Shown piece by piece: positions 9,781-17,995 of a DNA stretch of 64,000 nt. The notes under the pieces were generated by a model. The model did not search any database. It was given only the letters and a program-made list of their open reading frames with translations, and was not told the DNA's origin. The first letter of the stretch is position 1. Each line of letters starts with the position of its first letter. This DNA comes from Candidatus Rokuibacteriota bacterium (GTDB lineage: Bacteria; Methylomirabilota; Methylomirabilia; Rokubacteriales; CSP1-6). The translations under genes and the position numbers were made by a program. Where the stretch lies: NCBI GenBank assembly GCA_003221515.1, contig QHSI01000129.1:6646-70645 (forward strand). Direction: 5' to 3'.

Positions 9781-11211
9781 TCAGATGGATACTGTACCCG
9801 AGATCCGGCTCAGGGCCAACTGGCCCTCGGTGGGCTCTGCTCAGCAGAACCAGGGCTCGGTGAGCCGTGGCGCCCGCTTCCGGCCCGCGGCTGGCGCTGG
9901 GAACGATTGGTGCTCGGCGCCCGCGGCCCGGCCGGCCAGCGCCCGCACGCGATCGAACGTGATGGCCGCGTCCTCTCGCTGGGCGGCCGCGGCGGCGACG
10001 GCGGCCGACACCCCCGCATGCAGCGCCTCCATGCCCGGGTCCGGATGCGTCCATCGGTAGTGGAACTGGTCCCTCACCAGCGGGCCCAGGTAGGGGCGCA
10101 GCGCCGGACCGTCGAGCAGGAGCGATCCGGGCGGGACCAGGAGGCGGATCGAGTACTGCACGGGATCGATGGCGTCGACGAGTTGGTGGGCCTCGACGAA
10201 GTCCAGCAGCTCCCGGTAGTCGTCCAGGGTCGTCCACGGCGTGAAGGGCACCCACGTCGGGCGCAGCGTGATGCCGGCCGAGCGCACGGCATCGAGCGCG
10301 GTCTCGATGTCGGCGCGGGTGTGGCCCTTGTCCAGATGCGCCAGGACGGTGTCGCTGAGCGACTCCGCGGCGGTGACGATGAACGCGCATCCCTGCCGCG
10401 CGAGCTCCGGCAACCGCTCTCGGTGGCGCAGCAGGTGCTCGACCTTCGCCGTGAAGTCGAACGTGAGCCCGGGGAACTCCGCGTGGACCGCCTGCGTGAC
10501 GGCCAGCGCGTGGCCCGGGCCGTTCAGGAAGTCGGGGTCGCCGAACGTGATGTGGGTTGCCCCCGCCGCCACCTGCTGCCGGACGTCGGCGAGCAGCACC
10601 TCGAGCGGCACGACGAAGAAGCGGCCGCCGTAGACGGGCGGGATCGGGCAATGACGGCAGAGATGCTTGCACCCGCGGCTCGCCTCGACGTGGCCCGCGA
10701 GCTCGAGGCCGCCGTCGCGCTCGAGCTGCGCGTATCTCTTCAAGATCGGAAGCTTCGCGCGGCTCGGCACCGGAAACGGCAGCTTCTCCAGCGTCGGCGC
10801 GACGGGGGCGTCGCGCGTCCGCCCGACCGCGCCGGCCTCCAGCCGCTGAACGAGGCGCACCAGGGCGGACTCGATCTCGCCGCTCATCACCGAGTCGCCG
10901 ACGCCGGACAGCAGATGGTCGGCGTTGAGCGTGGCGTAGAGCCCGTAGAAGGCGATGTAGCAGCCGGGGTTGATGGCCCGCACGCGCTCGGCGACGACGA
11001 CCCCGAGACGGAGCGCCGTGTGCATCGGCACCGAGATCGCCACGAGCTTCGCGCGCGCGACGCGCTCGGCGTCGAGCGGGTCGACCGACACGTCGACCAC
11101 CGCCGGCGAATAGCCGGCACGCTCGAGGAACGCGGCCGGCCAGGCGACCGTGAGGGGCTGGTGGCCGAGCTCGTAGCAGGCGACCAGGAGGATCGCGCCG
11201 GGCTCCTTCAC
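9781..11211 (-). CDS. CUAEP-tail radical SAM selenoprotein (ArsL-like, N-terminal B12-binding-like domain); UGA at 9843-9841 read as Sec, 476 aa
   Basis: CKHLCRHC (CxxxCxxC); the frame continues past TGA as WFC-U-AEPTEGQLALSRISGTVSI to TGA at 9783-9781, which abuts the RBS of the nfu gene. Confidence 0.85.
9800..9838 (-). promoter_or_regulatory. Candidate bacterial SECIS hairpin
   Basis: mRNA AGGGCC-AGUU-GGCCCU (9827-9812); loop begins 19 nt after UGA and has G at position 2; lower stem can extend through CCG/CGG and GAG/CUC. Confidence 0.65.
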
Positions 11212-11279
11212 GCCGCCAGTGTACCTCCGGGGGTGCTATCTTGTGGGCGCTGCTTTACCTCCAAGGAGGACTGATCCCG

Positions 11280-11489
11280 ATGAGCGTCAAGATCACGGCC
11301 CGCCCGAATGGTCCGCTCCTGGTCGAAGGCGAGTGCGAAGTCTACGATCCGACCGGCGCCCGCATCGACACGGCGGGCCAGCCCAGGATCGCGCTCTGCC
11401 GGTGCGGGGGTTCCTCGACGAAGCCCATGTGCGATGGGACGCACAACAAGATCGGCTTCCAGGCTTCCGAGGCAGCCAAGAAGAAGTAG
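11280..11489 (+). CDS. CDGSH iron-sulfur domain protein
   Basis: AAGGAGGA RBS; ALCRCGGSSTKPMCDGTH. Confidence 0.9.
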   Translation: MSVKITARPNGPLLVEGECEVYDPTGARIDTAGQPRIALCRCGGSSTKPMCDGTHNKIGFQASEAAKKK

Positions 11490-11491
11490 GC

Positions 11492-11788
11492 CTACGGCGC
11501 CGCCGGAGCGTCGGACTCGGGCTCGACGTCCGTCAGCAAGATCCAGTCGTCCGGCGGGTCTGGATCCGGGCGTACCCCGACCTGGGAGCTGACAGTCCGG
11601 CCTCGGCTCGGCGAGAACCACTCCCACACGCCTGCGGGCGCGCCCGTTTCCTGCGCCTCGCCGATCTCGGGTCCCGTCGCGCCGGATTCGGCGCGCTCGG
11701 TCTTCCGCTGCCGCTTCGCTTCCTGCTTCGCCTTCTGGATGTCGGCCCGGCGCCGTCGCTCGAAGCCGTAGTGACGCTGGGCGCTCAT
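11492..11788 (-). CDS. Small hypothetical protein
   Basis: 98 aa; charged N-terminal helix, WEWFSPSRG and PDDWILLTD segments; GC3-biased codons. Confidence 0.55.
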   Translation of the reverse strand: MSAQRHYGFERRRRADIQKAKQEAKRQRKTERAESGATGPEIGEAQETGAPAGVWEWFSPSRGRTVSSQVGVRPDPDPPDDWILLTDVEPESDAPAAP

Positions 11789-11865
11789 GAGCCGCTCTCG
11801 CGCGATGTCGTCGTCATAAGTTCGTCGGCACTCCCCTGTCCAGCTGACGTGCAGAAAGGGCTGAG

Positions 11866-12331
11866 CTAGCAGCGCAGCCGGCTGCTCCTCCAGTAACATC
11901 CGGGCCCGTAGAACGATCCGGGGTAGTACGGATAGTACCAGCGATTGTATCGCTCGTATTCGAGTGCCCGCCAGGCCTCGCTCGCTTCCTGCACCAGCTC
12001 GGCCTCGTCCTCCAGGCCGGCCGCCGCGAAAGCGCGCGTTTCCTCGGGGAGCGGTTTCGTGCGAATCAGCTTGAGGAGCCGCTGGGCCTGCGCGGCCAGC
12101 CGTCGCTCGGGCTGGAGGCCGGCGAAGGCGGTCAGGTGCTCTTCAGCTCGGTCCAGGTCGCCCTTTCTGAGGTGGCTGAGGCCCAGATAGAGCCTCGCCG
12201 TCGCCTCTCCGGGGGCGCGGGCCACGGCTCGCTCCAGGACCTCGATCGCCTCGTCCAACGCGCCGAGCTTGTAGCGCGCGATCCCCAGGCCACGTTGTCA
12301 CGCAACCGGCCAGCGCGAGCGTGACGAGCAT
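11866..12331 (-). pseudogene. TPR lipoprotein broken by an apparent out-of-frame internal deletion near 12295
   Basis: Lipobox MLVTLALAGC is in one frame; TPR helices RGLGIARYKLGALDEAIEVLERAV and ARLYLGLSHLRKGD are in another; Tyr/Pro/Gly-rich tail. Confidence 0.6.
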
Positions 12332-12527
12332 CCAGAGCGTGACGAGCACCCAGATCGTACAGAAAGGGCGTCCCACAGCGGCGACTCTAGACCCGGGCGC
12401 CAGGCGACGCCACTCCGAGGCCTCGATCGAGTGGACCGGGGCTTATCAGACCGGCCCGTCTCGCAGCGGCTAGAAAACGTCCGCCCAATAGCCGGAAGAC
12501 CCTGGCCCTGCGTACAAATAGTTACGT

Positions 12528-12540
12528 TATCAAATACTTA
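12528..12540. promoter_or_regulatory. IHF-binding site consensus
   Basis: TATCAAATACTTA exactly matches WATCAANNNNTTR; a near-copy GTACAAATAGTTA lies just upstream in an AT-rich patch. Confidence 0.55.
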
Positions 12541-12556
12541 GAGGCTACCCCGAGAT

Positions 12557-12572
12557 TGGTATCGGCTTCGCA
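12557..12572 (+). promoter_or_regulatory. Candidate sigma-54 (-24/-12) promoter
   Basis: TGGTATCGGCTTCGCA: GG-N10-GC spacing, TGGYAY at -24, GCA at -12; 30 nt upstream of ATG 12602. Confidence 0.5.
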
Positions 12573-12601
12573 GTACAGGGGGTCAGGAGGGCTTAAACGC
12601 C

Positions 12602-12790
12602 ATGATCAGCACGATGGTTCGTGCGCTCTCGAGAGTTCCGATCCCGCTGCGAAGCCTCGCCGTCTGCGTGGCCTGCGAGGAGTGCTTCGAGTTGGGCGAC
12701 CCGACCTGTCCCTCGTGTGGCAGCGACGAGTACGTTCCGCTCCTTCACCAGCTGGAGGGGCGCATCCTGAACATGACGAGCAACAACTAA
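12602..12790 (+). CDS. Small zinc-ribbon-like protein
   Basis: CVACEEC and CPSCG; GGAGG RBS; stop overlaps the next ATG (TAATG). Confidence 0.65.
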   Translation: MISTMVRALSRVPIPLRSLAVCVACEECFELGDPTCPSCGSDEYVPLLHQLEGRILNMTSNN

Positions 12791-13383
12791 TGCACGCGCG
12801 GTGCGGCCGAGCGCTCGTGATCGGGCTCGCCCTCGCCGTTCTGGCGGCGCCACGGGCCTGGGCCGGTGCGCCCGCCGACCAGCTGTCGGAGAGGGTGGAC
12901 CAGGTCCTCAAGGTTCTGGGCGATCAAGAACTCAAGGCCCCCGCGAAAGCGGCCGAGCGACGCGAGGCGCTTCGACGGCTCGCCTTCGAGGTCTTCGACT
13001 TCGAAGAGCTGGCGAAGCGATGCCTGGCCCGTCACTGGGAGGCTCGGACCCCCGCCGAGCGAAGCGAATCGGTTCAGCTACTGGCCGACCTGATCGAGCG
13101 CTCGTACGTGGGCCGGATGGACGCCTACAGTGGGGAGCGCGTCGTGTTCCTCGGCGACACGATCGACGGCGAGCTGGCCGTCGTGAGGACGCGGATCGTC
13201 ACGAAACAGTCCGCCGAACTTCCCGTCGACTACCGGATGCTCCGGCGCGGCGACCGCTGGCGCGTGTACGACGTCACCATCGAAGGCGTGAGCCTCGTCG
13301 CCAACTACCGGAGCCAGTTCGATCGAATCCTACAGCGCTCGTCCTTCCAGCAGCTGGTGAATCAGGTCAAAGAGAAGCGGTAG
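12790..13383 (+). CDS. mlaC: MlaC/Ttg2D phospholipid-binding ABC substrate-binding protein
   Basis: Signal peptide, VFDFEELAKRCL, LPVDYRM, WRVYDVTIEGVSLVANYRSQF. Confidence 0.85.
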   Translation: MHARCGRALVIGLALAVLAAPRAWAGAPADQLSERVDQVLKVLGDQELKAPAKAAERREALRRLAFEVFDFEELAKRCLARHWEARTPAERSESVQLLADLIERSYVGRMDAYSGERVVFLGDTIDGELAVVRTRIVTKQSAELPVDYRMLRRGDRWRVYDVTIEGVSLVANYRSQFDRILQRSSFQQLVNQVKEKR

Positions 13384-13426
13384 CTCGTCAGCGTCCCTGC
13401 CACTCGGGCCGATCTGGCGATCGCCC

Positions 13427-13609
13427 CTAGTCGCTGGCCAGCTTGCCGTTGACGCCCCAGTTGGTCCGCTCGACGTCCTGGAACACGATGTGGACCTGGT
13501 CCGCCGTGGTCTTCCCGATCTTCACCATGGCGTCGGTGATCGCCGCGGTGATCTCGCGCTTCTGCTGGTCGGTGCGTCCCGCGTACCACTGGATCGTGAT
13601 GTTCGGCAT
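13427..13609 (-). CDS. 4-oxalocrotonate tautomerase family protein
   Basis: 60 aa, Pro-1 (MPNITI), GRTDQQKR, VHIVFQDV, NWG. Confidence 0.9.
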   Translation of the reverse strand: MPNITIQWYAGRTDQQKREITAAITDAMVKIGKTTADQVHIVFQDVERTNWGVNGKLASD

Positions 13610-13784
13610 GGCGTGCCTCCTGTGACGTTGCGCCTCGGTTGGCGGGCCCCAGCCCGCGACAACTTGCGGCGCACACCGCGTTTCTGGTGGATCCGTTCGA
13701 CGCGCGGGACGCGCGTCGTGGCCCGGATTATGGCAGCGGGCGGCCCGCGGGGCAAGGCGGCCAGCCGCGTCAGCTGGCCGGCGG

Positions 13785-14477
13785 TCACCCCCGCCACGGG
13801 GGAAATTTGTGGAAGAAGACGCGCAGCATCCGCTCGTCGAACTCCTGGTCGAAGGTTGGCGTGGGCGGATAACGGTGATGGAGCGAATGCGCCTCGAGCA
13901 CGAGGAGGCCGGACGATCTGATCAGTCGCGCCAGCAGATCGAGGCCCGGCAGAACGTGGAGGAAGTCGGCCCAGACCGACGGCGGGTGCCCCGGGAACAT
14001 CTCGCTCAGCATCAGGTCGACCACGAGGAGCGAACTGGCGTCGCCAAGCGCGACGAGGTGGTCGAAGCCCCGCGCCAGCGCCCGCTGATCACGGGCGTGG
14101 TTGAGCACGGCCCCGACCGCGGTGACGATCGAGAACGGCCCGCGCGCGGCGACGGCGGCGACGTCGCCCGCGTCGAACAGGTCGGCGCGCAGCAGCCGCG
14201 TCTGGAGCTTCGGGTGTCGGCGAGCCGCCGTCTCGAGGAGCTTCTCCTCGACGTCGGTCATGAGGACGTCGTAGCCGCGCTCCAGCGCCACCGCCGCCAG
14301 GTCGCCCATGCCGCCGCCGACCTCGAGCCAACGCGCGCCGAGGTGGAGCTCGCGCCGGTACCGGGCGACCGACTCCCACAGGTCGAAGGACGCGGGCGTC
14401 AGGTGTGACGTGATCTCGTCGGCGGAGATTCCCAGGTAATAGTCCTGGATCTCGCGCCGGCGCCGGCTCTCCCGCAT
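13785..14477 (-). CDS. Class I SAM-dependent methyltransferase
   Basis: WLEVGGGMG motif I, TDVEEKLL, RADLFD. Confidence 0.7.
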   Translation of the reverse strand: MRESRRRREIQDYYLGISADEITSHLTPASFDLWESVARYRRELHLGARWLEVGGGMGDLAAVALERGYDVLMTDVEEKLLETAARRHPKLQTRLLRADLFDAGDVAAVAARGPFSIVTAVGAVLNHARDQRALARGFDHLVALGDASSLLVVDLMLSEMFPGHPPSVWADFLHVLPGLDLLARLIRSSGLLVLEAHSLHHRYPPTPTFDQEFDERMLRVFFHKFPPWRG

Positions 14478-14478
14478 G

Positions 14479-15612
14479 CTAGGCGATGCGATAGAGCCGC
14501 CGCGCGTTCTCCCAGAGCATCTTCCGCTGGATCGCAGGGTCGACGCCGCGGAACTGCTCCTCGATCGCCTTCTGCGAGAACGGCCACGTGCCGTCGCGGT
14601 GCGGATAGTCCGAGCCCCACATGACGTTGTCGGGCGCGATCTCGGCCATCGCCCGCACCCCGTGGAAGTCCTTCTGGAAGGTCGCGTACATCTGACGCTT
14701 GAAGTAGGCGCTCGGCGGGAGCTTGAGCCCGAGGTCGTCGGCGAGCCGCTCCTCGTAGGTGTCGTCGAGGCGCTCGAGCATGTACGGCAGCCAGCCGATG
14801 CCGCTCTCGCCGAGGACCAGCGTGAGCTTGGGGTGGCGCTCGCAGACGCCGGAGAGGATCACCGAGGCGCAGATCTCGTCCATCTGGAGCGGCGCGACGA
14901 CGGTCCACGCGCCGGAGGACGCGGCGTTCTGGATGCCCTCTACCGCGTAGCCCACCGTCGAGGCGCCGCCCTCGAAGACGTGGAACGAAACGACCAGGCC
15001 CGTCTCTTCGGCGGTGGACCACACCGGCTCCCACATCTCATGCCACACCGGCATCGCCGACCCCCAGGGAACGAAAACCGCGCCGCGCAGGCCGAGCTCC
15101 GCGCAGTGGCGCAGCTCGTCGGCGGCCGCCCGCGCGTGGTGGTTGGGCAAGCAGCCGAGGCCGAAGAAGCGGCCGGGCAGCGTTCCGTTGAAGTCGGCGA
15201 TGTAGTCGTTGTACGCGCGGTAGACCGCGGCCAGCGTCTCGTGATCGGCGATCCCGCTGTGCGTGAAGAGCCCACGCGAGATCCCGATGATCCCGTAGAT
15301 CACCTCGGCCTGGACGCCGTCGCGGTCTTGATCCTCGCGTCGCTCGACGGGATTGGACGGTCGGGTCTGCTTGCCCGAAGCGAAGCCGGCGTCGGCCAGG
15401 ATGCGGCCGCGCCGTCCGCCGGTCACGCCGGGACCGTAGAAGCCCCAGGGGCCGAGCACCGCGTCGCCGGAGACCCACATCTTGCGCCCCTCGCGCTCGA
15501 CGACGTGCGGCACGCGCTCGCGCCACGTCGACGCCATGCGCGAAGTGAAGGTGTCCGGCGGCAGGTAGATGAGATCCATGTGGCTGTCGGCCGACATCAC
15601 GTTGAGCGCCAT
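14479..15612 (-). CDS. Amidohydrolase family 2 protein
   Basis: SADSHMD, VVSFH, ESGIGWLPY, WGSDYPHRD; start MALNV at 15612. Confidence 0.85.
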   Translation of the reverse strand: MALNVMSADSHMDLIYLPPDTFTSRMASTWRERVPHVVEREGRKMWVSGDAVLGPWGFYGPGVTGGRRGRILADAGFASGKQTRPSNPVERREDQDRDGVQAEVIYGIIGISRGLFTHSGIADHETLAAVYRAYNDYIADFNGTLPGRFFGLGCLPNHHARAAADELRHCAELGLRGAVFVPWGSAMPVWHEMWEPVWSTAEETGLVVSFHVFEGGASTVGYAVEGIQNAASSGAWTVVAPLQMDEICASVILSGVCERHPKLTLVLGESGIGWLPYMLERLDDTYEERLADDLGLKLPPSAYFKRQMYATFQKDFHGVRAMAEIAPDNVMWGSDYPHRDGTWPFSQKAIEEQFRGVDPAIQRKMLWENARRLYRIA

Positions 15613-15768
15613 GACGGCTCCTTTGCGATCGCGAAGTTCCCGGAGTGAGGGCGAGCGTAGTCCGACTCCCGGACGAACGCAACATTCCGCAATGTGGCGC
15701 GCCGCGAGCCGGTCCGGCCCGTTTCGCACCTGGCCGGCGCGAACGGCCCCGGCGACGCGGCAGCGTCG

Positions 15769-16185
15769 ATGGTGAGCATCGCGGTCTGTCCGCTGGCGCC
15801 CTCGGTGAGCGCGCGGCAGGCGCGCGTCGGCGTCGTGACGAACGTCGAAGGCATGGCGCCGGTCGCGCGCGTCGCGCTCCCGCAACCGCAGCCGCTCCGG
15901 TTCAAGGACGACGTGTTCCTCAAGGATCGGATCACGAGCTCAGCATCGTCAATGGGTTTGATTGAGCACCCTCCAAAGGCTTGGGAGGTGGCACTTCGGT
16001 CGACACATCGCTCATTCATCAGCTCCGCCCCTGGCACGCTCAACGCCTGCGCGATGCGTTGGAGGATGGGCAGGACGCGCCACACTTTACTAGCCGCCGT
16101 CAGCCGCATGGGCACCTGGTGGAGGATGGCTGGCGGGAGCCTAGCCGAAGGCCACGATGCGCACCGGCGCCCCGGCCGGGACTGA
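15769..16185 (+). pseudogene. Possible truncated FecR-domain secreted protein remnant
   Basis: ARVGVVTNVEG...VALPQPQPLRFKDDVFLKDRIT recalls FecR-domain N-termini; coding-like codon bias is lost after about 15940. Confidence 0.35.
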
Positions 16186-16228
16186 ACCGGAGCGCGGGAT
16201 ACCTAGCTGGTGACGCGGCCTTCGCTTC

Positions 16229-16304
16229 CGGCTATGCTAATAGCCGTCCCTGAACCCCTGGCTTTGCGGTCAGCGAAAGCCTGAACAACACTGTCTTGTT
16301 TTTT
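16229..16304 (+). promoter_or_regulatory. Structured leader with terminator-like end upstream of the Clp-N/KOW gene
   Basis: Hairpins CGGCTAT-GCTA-ATAGCCG (16229-16246) and GGCTTT...AAAGCC (16260-16281), then AACAA/TTGTT with a T6 tract (16299-16304). Confidence 0.4.
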
Positions 16305-16325
16305 CCCCCTGCTCGGAGGTGCGAA

Positions 16326-16940
16326 ATGGTTGACCGGTTTGCCGAAGGAGCGCGACGGAGCATCGCTTCGGCAACGATCGAGGCGAGGCGGCACGGTGTT
16401 GTGCGGAGCGACCACTTGCTCTTTGTCGTGGTTCGTGACGGTGCAGGGTTTAGCGCTCGAATCTTGCGGCTCATGGGCGTCGATTTGGCGAGTTTGGCGA
16501 GCCAGATTCAGCAGGACTGGACTGCTTCACCGGATGTTGCTGTCGCGGGCGAGATGGCGTTTTCCCCGGATATGAAACAGGCTCTCGCTATGTCGCTAGA
16601 GGCCGCCACAGAATTGGGGCATAGGCACGTCAGAATCGAGCATCTTCTGCTCGGCATCGTGAAGACCGGAGAGTCGAGGGCCGCAGAACTTCTCCGGCAT
16701 TTCGGCGTCTCGGCTGATAGCCTTCGTGAGGCGATTACTGAACAGAGCGTGGGCGGGGCCAAACAGTTCCAGGGCGGAGATCGTGTCCGCATCCTCGAAG
16801 GACCATTCAAGAACTTTCCCGGCGTTGTGGAACAGTTCGTCGCCGAAGAGGGGCGAGTGCGCGTCGCCGTACCGGTCTTTGGACGTGTCACGCCGGTTGA
16901 CCTTCGCTGGTACGAAGTGGAGCATACCCAGGCGTCGTAG
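16326..16940 (+). CDS. Clp N-terminal (double Clp-repeat) domain fused to a NusG C-terminal KOW domain
   Basis: GGAGGT RBS; DRFAEGARRSI, SDHLLF, FSPDMKQAL, IEHLLLGI, then FQGGDRVRILEGPFKNFPGVVE...VFGRVTPVDL. Confidence 0.85.
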   Translation: MVDRFAEGARRSIASATIEARRHGVVRSDHLLFVVVRDGAGFSARILRLMGVDLASLASQIQQDWTASPDVAVAGEMAFSPDMKQALAMSLEAATELGHRHVRIEHLLLGIVKTGESRAAELLRHFGVSADSLREAITEQSVGGAKQFQGGDRVRILEGPFKNFPGVVEQFVAEEGRVRVAVPVFGRVTPVDLRWYEVEHTQAS

Positions 16941-17118
16941 AGCAGCATGGGGAACTGATTCATGCTGGTTCACGCCGGAGGGAAACGGCGGGCTCCAGGG
17001 GGAAGACGAACGCCCCGGCCAAGGCACCGGGGCGTCGGTGATCTCGCGCGAGAACGACGGGCTACGCGGCCAGGGCCAGCGTACCCTCGAAGTGCACCGT
17101 CAGGTCAGGGGTGGCAAC

Positions 17119-17147
17119 AGGGGCCTTTGTGGCCCTCCGAGGCTCCC
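17119..17147. repeat. GC-rich palindromic REP/terminator-like element
   Basis: GGGCC-TTTGT-GGCCC followed by TCCGAGGCTCCC, just past the stop of the 17155 gene. Confidence 0.35.
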
Positions 17148-17154
17148 ATCTACA

Positions 17155-17918
17155 TCAGCTTGCCCCGGGGTAGAACGCGTCGCGGCCGCGCTGATAGGTC
17201 CGCTGCTGCTGCGCCGGGTTGCGACTCACGAGCGGACGCATGAACATCGGGTGCGTCGCGCTGCGGACCTCGTGCTCGATGGTGAAGAGCACCTTCGAGG
17301 TCTCCGGATCGACGATGTCCTTGAAGCGGTACTGCACCGGGTTCGACTCCTCGCTGATGAGGCCGCGCTCCTTCAGCCACCGGTGCGGGCCCGAGAAGTT
17401 CGTCACGTAGATCGCGATGTGGTGACCGTCGTACGGCACCTCGGGCTCGGCGGTCTCACGGAAGATCAATTGCTGCTTGGCGCCGACCTGCACCTTGGAA
17501 TGCCGAGAGTCATGTCGCCGAACTCGGGACCGGGCGCGTGGAAGCGCATGCGGTTCCCCCAGGGACAGGTCACGCTGATGTACTTGTCCTCGGCGGCGCA
17601 CATGAACTTCGTGCCCGCGAGCTTCTCGCGGGCGGCCCCCAGTCGCATCTTCAGGCCTTCGATGTCCGGAATCACGAAGCCGACGACGCCGCGGAGCACT
17701 TCCGGCTTACCGGTCGGCATGTGGAACTGCTGCTGTCCCGCATTGATCCACATGTTCTCGGTGCCGGTCATGATGTACGGGTCGCGGGTGAGCCCGAGAG
17801 TCGTCACGTAGAAGTTGGTCGCGGTCGCCTGATCCGGGATCTTCACGTTGACGTGCTCGAGCAGGATGATGTTGCCGATGTCTTCTGCGGTCCGATCGAA
17901 CACCTTGTCCCCTGGCAT
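17155..17918 (-). pseudogene. VOC-like (two-domain glyoxalase-type) protein split by a frameshifting deletion near 17497
   Basis: N-half LLEHVNVKIPDQ...GDMTLGIP and C-half KVQVGAKQQLIF...YDGHHIAIY...FTIEHEVRS are in different frames; GGGAGG RBS before ATG 17918. Confidence 0.7.
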
Positions 17919-17995
17919 TATTGACCTCCCAATCTTGGCCCCCGTCACGGGATGCTCACGGCGTAGGATAAACCGAATTCGATCGGGAGGGCGAA

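Noticed and set aside
12317-12348. 14-bp direct repeat GAGCGTGACGAGCA x2
   Set aside because: Two copies only, 4-nt spacer, inside a signal-peptide coding region; not a CRISPR array
15597-16115. Minus-strand ORF with LPILQRIAQALSVPGAELM, resembling an XRE HTH end
   Set aside because: No preceding HTH helices, no RBS, and it conflicts with the better codon bias of the plus-strand FecR-like frame
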